Source: an uncultured Gemmatimonadales bacterium (GTDB lineage Bacteria > Gemmatimonadota > Gemmatimonadetes > Longimicrobiales > RSA9). Taken from it: a stretch of DNA of 64,000 nt. The notes beneath the pieces are model-generated. The model was given only the letters and a program-made list of their open reading frames with translations, made no database searches and was not told the DNA's origin. Positions 10,131-20,936 of this stretch are shown here, piece after piece; position 1 is the first letter of the stretch; each line of letters starts with the position of its first letter. Both the position numbers and the translations under genes were made by a program. The stretch spans positions 512,001 through 576,000 of the forward strand of contig OY970192.1 in assembly GCA_963708135.1 (NCBI GenBank), written 5' to 3'.

Positions 10131-10301
10131 GGAAAGTCCCCACGCGTCGGTCCTTGAATCGACGGTTGGGGACTTGACTGCGAATAGCGCGGTAAAGTCC
10201 CCAACGGTTCCAACCGACCTCCGACCGCTGGGGAGTTGACAACGAATAGCGCGGTCAACTCCCCAACCGTCTATCCGCCGGGGGACCGGTGGGGAGTTCA
10301 C
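10131..10301. repeat. Array of ~49-nt palindromic repeats with ~61-62-nt period (REP/BIME-like)
   Basis: Full units at 10161-10209 and 10223-10271 (tgggga[c/g]ttgac..cgaatagcgcggt.aa[g/c]tccccaac); half units at 10131-10148 and 10284-10301. Confidence 0.75.
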
Positions 10302-10564
10302 GGCGGCCGCACGCAAGAGCCGGCGCCCCAGCGGCCGCGGCCAGCGGCGGGGGCGCCCGCCGGCAATGTGGTCGGCGCCGGCGACTGCGGCGTCGGCGGG
10401 GACCGGGGCGCGCGCCGGCGACCGGGGCGGGCCGCCGGGGCCGGCCGCGGCGCGCGCCGGCGCGAACCTCGGGGTTCTGAATCGCCGTGCAGGCATCGGG
10501 CTCAGGTTAGCGCCTCGGCCCCCACCCCCACCCGCACCCGCAGTCCCGCCGTCCAGATGCAAGA

Positions 10565-10596
10565 GGGGGCCGCCCCCCGGACGAAGGCGGCCCCCC
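10565..10596 (-). terminator. Probable terminator hairpin downstream of the cold-shock gene
   Basis: gggggccgcc...ggcggccccc stem about 25 nt after the stop; weak U-tail. Confidence 0.45.
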
Positions 10597-10621
10597 GCGA
10601 CCCGCTGCCGGCCGGGGCCGG

Positions 10622-10834
10622 TTACTGGCCGACGCGGACGACGTTCTCGGCGGCGGGGCCTTTCTGGCCCTCCACCCTGTCGAACTCGACCCGCTCACCC
10701 TCGGCCAACGTGCGGAATCCCTGGGCCTGGATCGCCGAGTGGTGGACGAAACAGTCCTTCGAGCCGTCCTCCGGCGTGATGAATCCAAACCCCTTCGCGT
10801 CGTTGAACCACTTCACGGTCCCGGTCGTGCGCAT
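10622..10834 (-). CDS. Cold-shock protein (CspA family)
   Basis: [33 protein letters not shown]; 70 aa. Confidence 0.96.
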   Translation of the reverse strand: MRTTGTVKWFNDAKGFGFITPEDGSKDCFVHHSAIQAQGFRTLAEGERVEFDRVEGQKGPAAENVVRVGQ

Positions 10835-11091
10835 ACCTCGCTCCCCTGAAAATAATGGTGCCGGACGACGCCCTCGTCGTCCGGCGTGGCCGCGGATCGC
10901 GTCCACCCGGCACGCGCCCCGCCGACTGCCGAAATCGGCGCAAAAATACAGCGTGTTCCCCGCTCGCACAACACTTTTGCGCCCCGCATCACCGCGCCGT
11001 TCCCGCGCTCCCTGCCGCCGCCGATCCCGTCGTTGCGCCGGAACGCGCGATCCGGCACCTTGCAGCCACGCGCCTGCACGGGAGAGTCTCC

Positions 11092-12003
11092 ATGGAGATC
11101 GGCATCATCGGCGCCGGCGGCGTCGGCGGGTACTACGGCGGACTGCTAGCGCGCGCGGGCAACGCGGTGCGCGTGCTCGCGCGCGGCGCGCACCTCGATG
11201 CCATGCTGCGCGACGGGCTGGAGGTGCGTACGCCCGAGGAGCGCTTCCGGGCGCGCGTGCTCGCCACCGACGACCCGGAGTCGCTCGCGGGCGTGGACCT
11301 CGCCATCGTCGCCGTGAAGTCCTACGACCTGCCGGGAATCGTGCCCGCCGCCCACGCCGCGGCCAGCGCCGGCGGCGCCGTGCTGCCGCTGCTCAACGGC
11401 GTGGAGGCGGCCGACCAGCTGGCCGAGGCAGGCGTACCCGACGAGAACATCCTCGGCGGCGTCACCTACCTGAGCGCCGTCCGCACGGCGCCCGGCGTCA
11501 TCGAGCGCCTGAGCCCGTTCCAGCGCGTCCTCCTCGGCGAGCGCGGCGAACGAGGACCGAGCCCCCGCGTCGAGGCCATCGCCCGCGCCTTCCGCAGCGC
11601 CGGAGTGGAGGCCACCGTGTCACCCAGCATCGAGATCGAGCTCTGGCGCAAGCTCATCTTCCTCGCCGCCATCTCCTCCGCCTGCGCGCTCGTCGAAGGC
11701 GACATGGCCGCCGTCCGCGCCCGCCCGCTCGGCCACCTCCTCGTCGAGCGCCTCGTGCGCGAGGCCGCCGCCGTCGCCCGCGCCGACCGCGTCGCCCTGC
11801 CGCAAGGCGAGGAGCGCACCGCGCTCCGCCTCATCGAGTCTCTGCCCGACGGGATGCGCCCCTCCTTCCTGCTCGACTACCTCGCCCGCGGCCCCAACGA
11901 GCTCGACATCCTGAGCGGCGCCGTGGCCCGCATCGGCCGCCGGCACGCCCTCGAGACGCCCGTCCACGATGCGGCCATCACGGTGCTCTCGCGGCGTGGC
12001 TGA
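11092..12003 (+). CDS. panE: Ketopantoate reductase family protein
   Basis: [37 protein letters not shown]...NELD. Confidence 0.85.
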   Translation: MEIGIIGAGGVGGYYGGLLARAGNAVRVLARGAHLDAMLRDGLEVRTPEERFRARVLATDDPESLAGVDLAIVAVKSYDLPGIVPAAHAAASAGGAVLPLLNGVEAADQLAEAGVPDENILGGVTYLSAVRTAPGVIERLSPFQRVLLGERGERGPSPRVEAIARAFRSAGVEATVSPSIEIELWRKLIFLAAISSACALVEGDMAAVRARPLGHLLVERLVREAAAVARADRVALPQGEERTALRLIESLPDGMRPSFLLDYLARGPNELDILSGAVARIGRRHALETPVHDAAITVLSRRG

Positions 12004-12054
12004 GCGACAAGCCGAGCCCGAGCGACCGCCGAGGCCCGTGCTCGCAGAAGACCC

Positions 12055-12092
12055 TTGACAACGGCTTCGTCGCGTACAAGGTAGTATACAAT
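12055..12092 (+). promoter_or_regulatory. Possible promoter region for the susC/susD operon
   Basis: TTGACA at 12055-12060 and AT-rich TAGTAT/TACAAT at 12082-12092; spacing is non-canonical. Confidence 0.35.
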
Positions 12093-12411
12093 CACGCGCC
12101 CCCCCGCACGGGGACGTGCCATCACCCTGACATGGCGACGCGCGTACGAGACGGGGCCGGCCTTACGGACCAGGCTCCTGAGTTCCGTACGGTCGTGTCC
12201 CGGGCCTGTGGGCGCGGGCCGGGGTCATCCCGCGAGGGCCGACGTCGGCCGGCGCTGCACGTCCACGCATCGATCCAGAGGAGGAGCCATCCAGGACGCC
12301 AGGGCGGAAGCCTGACTTGGGAGCGGCTGGATGTCAGCGGTATTGGCCGAGGGGGGACGTGTCCGCGCGACGCGCTCGCCCTCCGAAGCGGACGCCGAGC
12401 TGGAGGCGAAG

Positions 12412-15400
12412 ATGACTGAGACCTGCGGGGTCCCCGGAACGCACCGTGGACGGAGCGCATGGGCCGTGGCCGCGTTCCTCCTGCTTTTCCTTCTGGGGGG
12501 CGCCCTTCCTGGCGCTGCTCAACAGAGCGTGGCGGGGCGGGTGATCAACGCCGCGACGGGTGAGGGCCTGGGCGGTGCCCAGATCCAGATCGTCGGGACC
12601 AACCGGGGGGCAATCGCGGGTGACGACGGGCGTTTCGTGCTGCCCGACGTGCAGGGCTCGACGGTGACTCTCCGGGTTGTGATGCTGGGCTACAAGACGC
12701 TGCAGCGGGAGGTCCAGCCGGGGAACAACGGGCTGGAGCTGGCGTTGACGCCCACGCCGGTGAGTCTCGATGCGCTCATGGTCACGGGCACCGCCGGTGG
12801 CACACGGGCGCGCGCCGTCGGCAACTCGATCGCCCAGGTGGGGGCGAGCGACATCCAACGGATCGCTCCCCAGGCGAGCGTGCAGAGCCTGCTGAGCTCG
12901 CGGGTGGCGGGGATGGCCATGATGAGCGGCAGCGGTGAGGTCGGCGGCGGGGAAGTCACGGCCATTCGTGGCGTGGGGAGCCTCTCCCTGTCCCATCAGC
13001 CGCTCATCTACGTGGACGGCGTCCGCGTCAACAACGACCAGATCGATTACACGGTTGCCTTCTCCGGCGGGTATGGTGGAGACGGGCCGTCGCGCCTCAA
13101 CGACCTGGACCCGGACGCGATCCAGTCCATCGAGGTGATCAAGGGACCGGCGGCCGCGACCCTGTACGGCACCGAGGCGTCGAACGGCGTCATCCAGATC
13201 ATCACGAAGAGGGGCCGCACACAGGATGCGAGCTGGGACTTCCGGGTGGATGAAGGGATGACGAATCTGCCGAATGCGGACAAGAAGTATCCCACGATCT
13301 ACGGAACCCAGGACGGGCAGCTCGTCAGCCTGAACCTCATCGACAACGACATCAAGAACGGCTTCGGCAGCCCGTTCAGCACCGGGCACAACCAGGGATA
13401 CGGTGCGAGCGTCCGGGGCGGCACCGACCGCTTCCGCTACTACCTCTCGGGAGACTGGGACCGCCAGGAGGGGATCGTCTCCTACAACTGGCAGAACAAG
13501 CTCAACCTGCGCAGCAACCTGGACTACGTGCTCGGCGACAAGCTGGACGTCGCGGTGAGCCTGAGCACGATCCAGGAGAAGACGCAGGCCGGATCCGCCG
13601 AGCAGCCGATCACGACGGGCATCATCTGGGGGCTCACGTCGCTGAAGGACACGCCGTTCCGAGGCTACATCACCCCGCCGCCGGAGGACTTCTCGAAGTA
13701 CATCCACGGCATCGACAACCTGAATCGGAACATCCTGAGCATCCAGCTCAGGAGCCACCCCACGGCCTGGTTCACGCACCGCCTCACGGTGGGGACGGAC
13801 GTCGGGGCCAACCGGTCCACCTACCTCGCCGACCGGACGCCACAGCAGCCGGGGCCCTTCGGGAGTGAGAACCAGGGCGACAAGATCGTGGAGAACAAGA
13901 AGAACACGTTCTTCACCCTCGACTATTCGGCGACGGCGGCCTTCGACCTCTCCCCGGATTTCCGCTCCGAGACTTCGGGAGGAGCCCAGTTCTACCGGAA
14001 ATCGCAGGACGATGACCAGACGGAGGGACAGGTCTTCCCCCTGCCGGGCGTAACGACGGTCAGCAGCGGCGCCAGCCGCTTCGCCTCCGAGGACTTCTTC
14101 GAGAACCGGACCATGGGCCTGTACGCCCAGGAGCAGGTGTCGTGGAAGAACCGCTTCTTCGTCACCGGGGCTGTCCGGGGGGACGACAACTCGGCCTTCG
14201 GCACGAACTACAATTTCGTCACCTACCCGAAGGCGAGCGTGTCCTGGGTCGCCAGCGAGGAGAGCTTCCTGAAGCACGTCTCCTGGCTGAACGCCCTCAA
14301 GCTGCGGGGGGCGTGGGGAGAGGCCGGTGAGCAGCCCGACGTCTTCGCGGCCGTTCAGCTCTACACCCCCTCGGTGGGTCCCGGGGGAAGCCCCACGGTC
14401 ACGATGAACAACCTGGGGAACCCCAACCTGAAGCCGGAGGTGGGCAAGGAGCTCGAGCTGGGCTTCGATGCGAGTTTCTTCTCCGACCGGCTGGGTGTGA
14501 ACTTCACCTATTACAACAAGACCACGGTGAACGGTATCCTCCAGGGCCCCGTGAAGCCCTCGCTCGGGTTCCCCGGATACCAGTACGTCAACCTCGGGAG
14601 GTACGACAACAAGGGGGTGGAGCTGGGGCTGACGGGTGACGTGCTCCGGACGCGGAACCTGGGCTGGAGCCTGGGCCTGCAGCTGTCCACGAACCACAAC
14701 GTGGTCCAGGACCTGGGGGGAATCGACATCGCCCCGAGCGGGACGGCGGCGAACCAGTACCAGTACGTGGGATTCCCTCTCAGCGGCATCTTCCAGAAGA
14801 AGGTGGTGAGCGCCGAATTCGACGCAAACGGGAGCGTGACGAACATCCTCTGCGATGGCGGCACGGGGAAGCTGGGGTTGGAGCAGGGCGGAGCGGGCGT
14901 TGCGTGCAGCCAGGCACCCGCGGTCTACTGGGGCCAGCCGACGCCCACCTGGTGGGGCAGCGTGAACACCAAGCTCACGCTCTGGCGGAGGTTCAACCTC
15001 TACGCCATGGGCGACTTCACCGGCGGCAACATGATCGTGAAGGGTGATGTGGCCGCCTCGCACATCTTCTTCCGCAACTCCAAGTGCATCAACGAGCACC
15101 CCATCTGTAGCCCCATCCTGGCGGCGTATGACGCCATGGGGGAATGGCTCGGAGTCGGAACCATGAAGGCGGGCTTCAGCAAGCTGCGCGACGTCTCCTT
15201 GAGCTACACGCTGCCCCGGAGCGCCGTCTCGCGGGTGGGAGCCTCGGCGGGCTCGATCACCTTCAGCGGCAAGAACCTGGCGACGCTCTGGATCGCGCAG
15301 AACGGAACCTACGGACTCCATGTGGTGGACCCGGAGATCCGCAAGCAGTCGTCCCTGCTGGACGCCTACGTCCAGGAGCAGTGGCCCCAGTTCACGACGT

Positions 15401-15429
15401 GGACCATGAGCGTCCGCCTGAGCTTCTGA
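12412..15429 (+). CDS. SusC/RagA family TonB-dependent outer membrane receptor
   Basis: Signal peptide, carboxypeptidase-regulatory-like N-domain, PLIYVDGV, IEVIKGPAAATLYG..ASNGVIQIITK, GNPNLKPE, C-terminal F. Confidence 0.93.
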   Translation: MTETCGVPGTHRGRSAWAVAAFLLLFLLGGALPGAAQQSVAGRVINAATGEGLGGAQIQIVGTNRGAIAGDDGRFVLPDVQGSTVTLRVVMLGYKTLQREVQPGNNGLELALTPTPVSLDALMVTGTAGGTRARAVGNSIAQVGASDIQRIAPQASVQSLLSSRVAGMAMMSGSGEVGGGEVTAIRGVGSLSLSHQPLIYVDGVRVNNDQIDYTVAFSGGYGGDGPSRLNDLDPDAIQSIEVIKGPAAATLYGTEASNGVIQIITKRGRTQDASWDFRVDEGMTNLPNADKKYPTIYGTQDGQLVSLNLIDNDIKNGFGSPFSTGHNQGYGASVRGGTDRFRYYLSGDWDRQEGIVSYNWQNKLNLRSNLDYVLGDKLDVAVSLSTIQEKTQAGSAEQPITTGIIWGLTSLKDTPFRGYITPPPEDFSKYIHGIDNLNRNILSIQLRSHPTAWFTHRLTVGTDVGANRSTYLADRTPQQPGPFGSENQGDKIVENKKNTFFTLDYSATAAFDLSPDFRSETSGGAQFYRKSQDDDQTEGQVFPLPGVTTVSSGASRFASEDFFENRTMGLYAQEQVSWKNRFFVTGAVRGDDNSAFGTNYNFVTYPKASVSWVASEESFLKHVSWLNALKLRGAWGEAGEQPDVFAAVQLYTPSVGPGGSPTVTMNNLGNPNLKPEVGKELELGFDASFFSDRLGVNFTYYNKTTVNGILQGPVKPSLGFPGYQYVNLGRYDNKGVELGLTGDVLRTRNLGWSLGLQLSTNHNVVQDLGGIDIAPSGTAANQYQYVGFPLSGIFQKKVVSAEFDANGSVTNILCDGGTGKLGLEQGGAGVACSQAPAVYWGQPTPTWWGSVNTKLTLWRRFNLYAMGDFTGGNMIVKGDVAASHIFFRNSKCINEHPICSPILAAYDAMGEWLGVGTMKAGFSKLRDVSLSYTLPRSAVSRVGASAGSITFSGKNLATLWIAQNGTYGLHVVDPEIRKQSSLLDAYVQEQWPQFTTWTMSVRLSF

Positions 15430-15440
15430 GGAGGCGAGCG

Positions 15441-16706
15441 ATGAGCACGAACACCAAGAAGTGCTCCCGGTGGGCCGTCCTGGCGCTCGCCGCGGTGGCT
15501 GTCGGCGCGGGGCTCGCCGGATGTGACCGGCTCCTTTCCGTGACGGCGCCCGGCCAGATTCCCACCGAGAAGCTTAACGATCCCGGCCTCAGCGAGATGC
15601 TGGTGAACAGCGTGATCGCAGACTTCGAGTGCGCCTACGACAACTACACCTTCGGGGCCTCCACCCAGAGCGACGAGATGTGGCAGTCGTCGGGGAACCT
15701 GGAGATGCGGAACTGGGGCGACCGGAAGATCACCGCTGACTTCGACAACTACGTGAACGGAAGCTGCGGCGGAGCCGGCTTCGGGCTCTGGCGGACCCTG
15801 CACGCGGCGCGCTACCAGGCCGAGACCAACTTCAAGCTGGTCAGCGACTTCCCCGATTCCGTGGTCGCCGACAAGGCCGCGAAGCTCGCCACGATCATGG
15901 TTTACGGCGCCTACGTCTACACCTTCCTGGGGGAGACCTTCTGCCAGGTGACCGTGGACGGCGGCTCACCCATGGACCCGCCGGCGGTGCTCGCCATCGC
16001 CGACGACCACTTCACGCAGGCGATCCAGCTCGCGCAGCAGGCCAACGACACGGACATCCTCGACCTTGCCTTCGTCGGGCGGGCACGCACCCGGCTGGAC
16101 CTGAAACGGTACGCCAATGCCCGCGCGGACGCCGCGCAGGTGCCGCAGGGCTTCGAGTTCTACGCCACCCGCTCCCCCGACGTGCCCTCGCGGTTCAACA
16201 AGGCCAGGACCCAGTTCGACGAGGGCGGCCACGAGACGGTGGCCGCCGGCTTCCGGAATCTGACCTGGAAGGGCGTGCCGGACCCCCGGACCAACGTCTA
16301 CGACGCGGGGCGGCTGGGGTTCGACGGCGTCAGCGAGCTCTGGCTCTCCGACAAGTACCCCGACAGGGGCAGCCCCATCCGACTCGCCTCGTGGGAAGAG
16401 GCCCAGCTCATCATCGCCGAGGCCGCGGCCAACACGGGCGATGATGCCACGGCGGTCTCCATCATCAACGAGTTGCACGCCCAGAACGGGCTGCCCGCTT
16501 ACGATCCGGTCAGCGACGGCCCGGTCATGCAACACATCATCCAGGAGCGGAGCCGCGAGCTGTTCCAGCAGGGGGGACAACGGCTGAACGACATGCTGCG
16601 CTTCAATCTCCCGTTCTTCACAGGCAAAGACCAGGTCGGCCAGGATTACGGCACCACGACGTGCTTCCCCCTGCCGGCGGTAGAGGGGGTCGGGAGCGGC
16701 GGTTGA
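15441..16706 (+). CDS. SusD/RagB family lipoprotein
   Basis: GLAGC lipobox, EAQLIIAEA, ERSRELFQQGGQRLNDMLRF; directly follows susC with GGAGG RBS. Confidence 0.9.
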   Translation: MSTNTKKCSRWAVLALAAVAVGAGLAGCDRLLSVTAPGQIPTEKLNDPGLSEMLVNSVIADFECAYDNYTFGASTQSDEMWQSSGNLEMRNWGDRKITADFDNYVNGSCGGAGFGLWRTLHAARYQAETNFKLVSDFPDSVVADKAAKLATIMVYGAYVYTFLGETFCQVTVDGGSPMDPPAVLAIADDHFTQAIQLAQQANDTDILDLAFVGRARTRLDLKRYANARADAAQVPQGFEFYATRSPDVPSRFNKARTQFDEGGHETVAAGFRNLTWKGVPDPRTNVYDAGRLGFDGVSELWLSDKYPDRGSPIRLASWEEAQLIIAEAAANTGDDATAVSIINELHAQNGLPAYDPVSDGPVMQHIIQERSRELFQQGGQRLNDMLRFNLPFFTGKDQVGQDYGTTTCFPLPAVEGVGSGG

Positions 16707-16760
16707 GGCGCCGCGCCGCGCGCCGCCGCATCCACGAGCCGGCGCGCGGCGGCGCCGCCG
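16707..16760. terminator. GC-rich hairpin between convergent genes
   Basis: gccgcgcgccg ... cggcgcgcggc inverted repeat. Confidence 0.45.
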
Positions 16761-17231
16761 TCAGGGATGGGGCTCCCCCGGGCGCCGCCGGCCGGGCGGC
16801 GGCAGCTCGGTCTCGATCGGCCCCTCCGCGGCCACCAGCCGCTGCACGCGCGCGTTCAGGCGGCCGAGCAGGATGCGGGCGGCGCGCAGGTCGTGGTTGG
16901 ACTCGATCAGCATGAGCGCCATGTCGCCGGCGCCCCAGAGGAATCCCGCGAACACGACCAGCCGCGTCGCCTCGACGAGCAGCGTGGGCAGCGCGCTCTG
17001 GCCCTGCTGCACCAGCCCCAGGACCACCTCGCCCACGAGCAGCAGCAGGAGCAGGATGGCCAGCACCTTGAAGAGGCGGGCGACGTAGCGGAGCCCGGCG
17101 TGCGGCTCGAGGTCCGTCTCGCGGATGTCGAGGTCCGGGCCGGCGGGCTCGGTCTCGGCGGGCGCGTGCTCGGCGGCGTCGCCGGCACGGCGCTCGACGG
17201 GGTCGTGGGTGTCCTGCGGTGTGTGGTTCAC
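16761..17231 (-). CDS. Hypothetical two-helix membrane protein
   Basis: 156-aa ORF with two hydrophobic segments; start overlaps no other real gene. Confidence 0.75.
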   Translation of the reverse strand: MNHTPQDTHDPVERRAGDAAEHAPAETEPAGPDLDIRETDLEPHAGLRYVARLFKVLAILLLLLLVGEVVLGLVQQGQSALPTLLVEATRLVVFAGFLWGAGDMALMLIESNHDLRAARILLGRLNARVQRLVAAEGPIETELPPPGRRRPGEPHP

Positions 17232-17259
17232 GATGGGCTCCTCGAGCTCGGACGCCGGG

Positions 17260-18408
17260 CTACCACGGGCCCCAACGCGCGTGGTAGCCGCGGGCGTCGA
17301 TGTGGACGAACCCCCAGTGCGCGCCCGTGGGCGCGTAGACGCCGATGCCGCCGACGAGGTCCGGGTGCTCGCGCTCGACCCGGTCGGCGGCGCGCGCGAG
17401 CACGCGCGCGTCCTTCACGTCGATGCGGCCGTCGCCGTTCAGGTCGTCCATCCGGCCGTCGTGGTCGTTGTCGATGTAGACGTCGGCGGCATCGCCGTAC
17501 ATGTGGCGGGAGAGCGAGGCGCGCCCCTCCGTGTTGCCGCCGTTCTCGTTGTAGCTGGGCGTGCGGAATCCGCTGATGAAGCCGAGGTTCGAGACCGGGT
17601 GGCCCTCGCGGCCGAGCTCCTGCAGGGTCAGCTCCAGCTTGTCGAGGATGCGCGGGGAGAGCGCGATGTACTTCGGCCATACGGCGGCCTGTCCCTTGGT
17701 CAGGAAGTCGCGCAGCCGGATGTGCTCCGAGATGCGCATGTCCTCGTTCTGCGGCGTGACGCGGATGAAGCCGCGCGGCGGCGCGTAGGCCGGCGTGCGC
17801 GGCGTGCCGCCGTGCTCCCACGGCCACTCGCCGAGCAGGTAGTCGCCAATGCGGCCGGCCTGCTTCTCCGACGCAGGGACCTCGGTGACGACGTGCAGGT
17901 CCGGCACGGCGCGGGCCGCATCGCCGAGGCGCACGAGCAGCGTCCAGATCCCGGCCGAGGAGGGCCTGGCTCCGGCGGGCAGCGTGTCCGCCGGTGCGGC
18001 GGAGCCGCCGGCGGGAGCGAAGCCGACGCGGGCGCCGGGCGGCAGGAGCGAGTCGGGGGCGGGCAGCGGCTCGCCCGGCGGCGCGATGATGATGGAGAGC
18101 TTGCCGCTCTCGCCCCGGTACGGCTCGCCCGCGGCCAGGCGGCGGGTGGCCGCCTCCAGCAGGAAACGCGCGTCCGGGGTGGTGGTGGCGGAGAGCGGGT
18201 CGGCGGCCAGCCGGCCGTGGAGCAGCGGGGCGGGGCCCGCGGTGGCGACGCTCTCGCCGATGGCGTAGGCCCAGCCCACGACGAACGCCGCCACGAGCAG
18301 CGTCGCCGCCGCGCGGAACCAGCGCTCGGCCGGCGGTGTCATTCCCGGTCGCTCCAGCCGCGCGCGGAACCGGCGACGGAGCGAGCCGCCTCGTCTCGCG
18401 GTGCTCAT
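17260..18408 (-). CDS. Peptidase M15/DUF882-like Zn D-Ala-D-Ala metallopeptidase, membrane-anchored
   Basis: ISGFRTPSYN, SRHMYGDAAD, FVHIDARG; start uncertain (18408 or 18342). Confidence 0.82.
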   Translation of the reverse strand: MSTARRGGSLRRRFRARLERPGMTPPAERWFRAAATLLVAAFVVGWAYAIGESVATAGPAPLLHGRLAADPLSATTTPDARFLLEAATRRLAAGEPYRGESGKLSIIIAPPGEPLPAPDSLLPPGARVGFAPAGGSAAPADTLPAGARPSSAGIWTLLVRLGDAARAVPDLHVVTEVPASEKQAGRIGDYLLGEWPWEHGGTPRTPAYAPPRGFIRVTPQNEDMRISEHIRLRDFLTKGQAAVWPKYIALSPRILDKLELTLQELGREGHPVSNLGFISGFRTPSYNENGGNTEGRASLSRHMYGDAADVYIDNDHDGRMDDLNGDGRIDVKDARVLARAADRVEREHPDLVGGIGVYAPTGAHWGFVHIDARGYHARWGPW

Positions 18409-18507
18409 GGCGGGCAGGCTCATACAGCAACCGTGCCGGCGCCTCGCCAGGGCCGGCGCCCACCGCTATCTTCGCGCGTCACGCTTTCCGGGGGAGAAGA
18501 GAGACGC

Positions 18508-19271
18508 ATGGCCAAGCGCCGCACGACGCAGGGGAAGAAGCCGGGGGCGAGGAGCGGGCCGGCGCGGGGGAAGGGGAAGCCCGCCTCGTTCGGGGGCTGG
18601 GCGCTGGACTGGCTCAAGTCCATCGCGGTCGCGCTGCTGCTGTTCCTGGTCATCCGGACGTTCCTGGTGCAGACCTTCACGATCACGTCCGGCTCGATGG
18701 AGAACACGCTGCTGGTCGGTGACTGGCTGATGATCTCGAAGCTGGCCTACGGCCCGCAGATCCCGTTCACCCACGCGCGGCTGCCCGGCTACTCGCATCC
18801 GGAGCGCGGCGACGTGGCGGTGTTCAAGCCGCCGCCGCCGGACGAGACGGACCTGGATGTCGTGAAACGCATCATCGGCATGCCCGGCGACACGCTCTCG
18901 ATGCGGCGCGCCGTCCTCTACATCGACGGCAAGCCGCAGGTCGAGCCGTACGTGATCCACACGAACGCGGAGGGGAACGGCTCACACCCGTGGATGGTGT
19001 GGCAGAAGCAGTACCTGGTGGCTGGCGTGAACCCCGCGACCTACCATCCGACGCGCGACGACTGGGGGCCGATCGTGGTCCCGCCGCACCACTACTTCAT
19101 GATGGGCGACAACCGCGACGACAGCCTGGACTCGCGCTTCTGGGGGTTCCTGCCGGAAGCCAACTTCGAGGGCCGCGCCTTCTTCATCTACTTCTCCTAC
19201 GACTCGCAGGCGCTGGATCCGTTCCCGTTCATCCAGGACATCCGGTGGCATCGGGTGGGGAAGGTGATCCG

Positions 19272-19275
<4 letters not shown>
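18508..19275 (+). CDS. lepB: Signal peptidase I
   Basis: [38 protein letters not shown]. Confidence 0.95.
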
Positions 19276-19765
<490 letters not shown>

Positions 19766-19769
<4 letters not shown>

Positions 19770-20869
19770 GGGTCGGCATCCTCGGGGGTGGCCAGCTCGG
19801 GCGGATGCTGGCGTTGGCCGGCTATCCCCTCGGGCTCCGCTTCCGCTGCCTCGAGCCGTCCGAGGAGGCGCCGATGGGCCACCTGGCGGACCTCGAGCTC
19901 GGCGCCTATGACGACCCCGCCGCGCTCGACCGGTTCGCGGAGGGGCTCGACGTCGCCACGTACGAGTTCGAGAACGTGCCCGTCACGTCCGCGCGGCGGC
20001 TCGAGCGGCGCGTGCCCGTCTACCCGCCGCCAGCCGCGCTCGAGGTGGCGCAGGACCGGCTGGCCGAGAAGCGGGCGTTCGAGGCGGCCGGCATCCCGGT
20101 GCCGCCGTACGCGCCGGTGGACGACCTCGCCGGACTGCGCGCGGGGCTGGAGGAGATCGGCACCCCCGCCGTGCTCAAGACCCGGCGCATGGGCTACGAC
20201 GGCAAGGGGCAGTTCGTGCTGCGGCAGGCGGCGGACGCGGACGCGGCGTGGGACGCGATCGGCGGGGTGCCGCTGCTGCTCGAGGCGTTCGTCGCCTTCG
20301 AGCGCGAGGTGTCGGTGCTGGCCGTGCGCGGCCGCACGGGCGAGACGCTCTTCTATCCGCTGGTCGAGAACCACCACCGCGACGGGATCCTGCGGCTCTC
20401 GCTCGCTCCGGCGCCCGCGCTGGATCCGGCCCTCCAGGCGCTCGCCGAGGGGCACGCCGGCCGGCTGCTCGAGCGGCTCGGCTACGTGGGCGTGCTGGCC
20501 ATCGAGTTCTTCCAGGAGCGCGGGCAGCTGCTGGCCAACGAGATGGCGCCGCGCGTCCACAACTCCGGCCACTGGTCCATCGAGGGCGCCGAGACGAGCC
20601 AGTTCGAGAACCACCTGCGGGCCGTGCTCGGCCATCCGCTCGGCCCCGCCCGCTGCCGCGGCGTCTCCGCGATGCTGAACATCATCGCCGAGGCCCCCGC
20701 ACCGGACGCGCTGCTCGGCGCCGTGCCGGACGCCCACCTGCACTACTACGACAAGGCGCCCAAGCCGGGCAGGAAGCTCGGCCACGTCACGCTACGTGGG
20801 GAGGATGCGGCGGCCCTCGCGGCGCCGCTCGCGCGCATGCGGGCGCTGCTCTATCCGGATCCGGGGTAG
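19766..20869 (+). CDS. purK: N5-CAIR synthase
   Basis: [40 protein letters not shown]. Confidence 0.97.
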
Positions 20870-20936
20870 TTGACCCTACCCGAAGGTGCAATGGCATGCG
20901 CCGCCGGATCGCTGCTCACCGAGCTTCGGATACGGT

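Noticed and set aside
10131..10301. CRISPR or integron attC sites
   Set aside because: Linkers are only about 12-13 nt, no cassettes lie between the hairpins, the GTT/AAC arms are in the opposite order to attC, and there is no cas or integrase gene.
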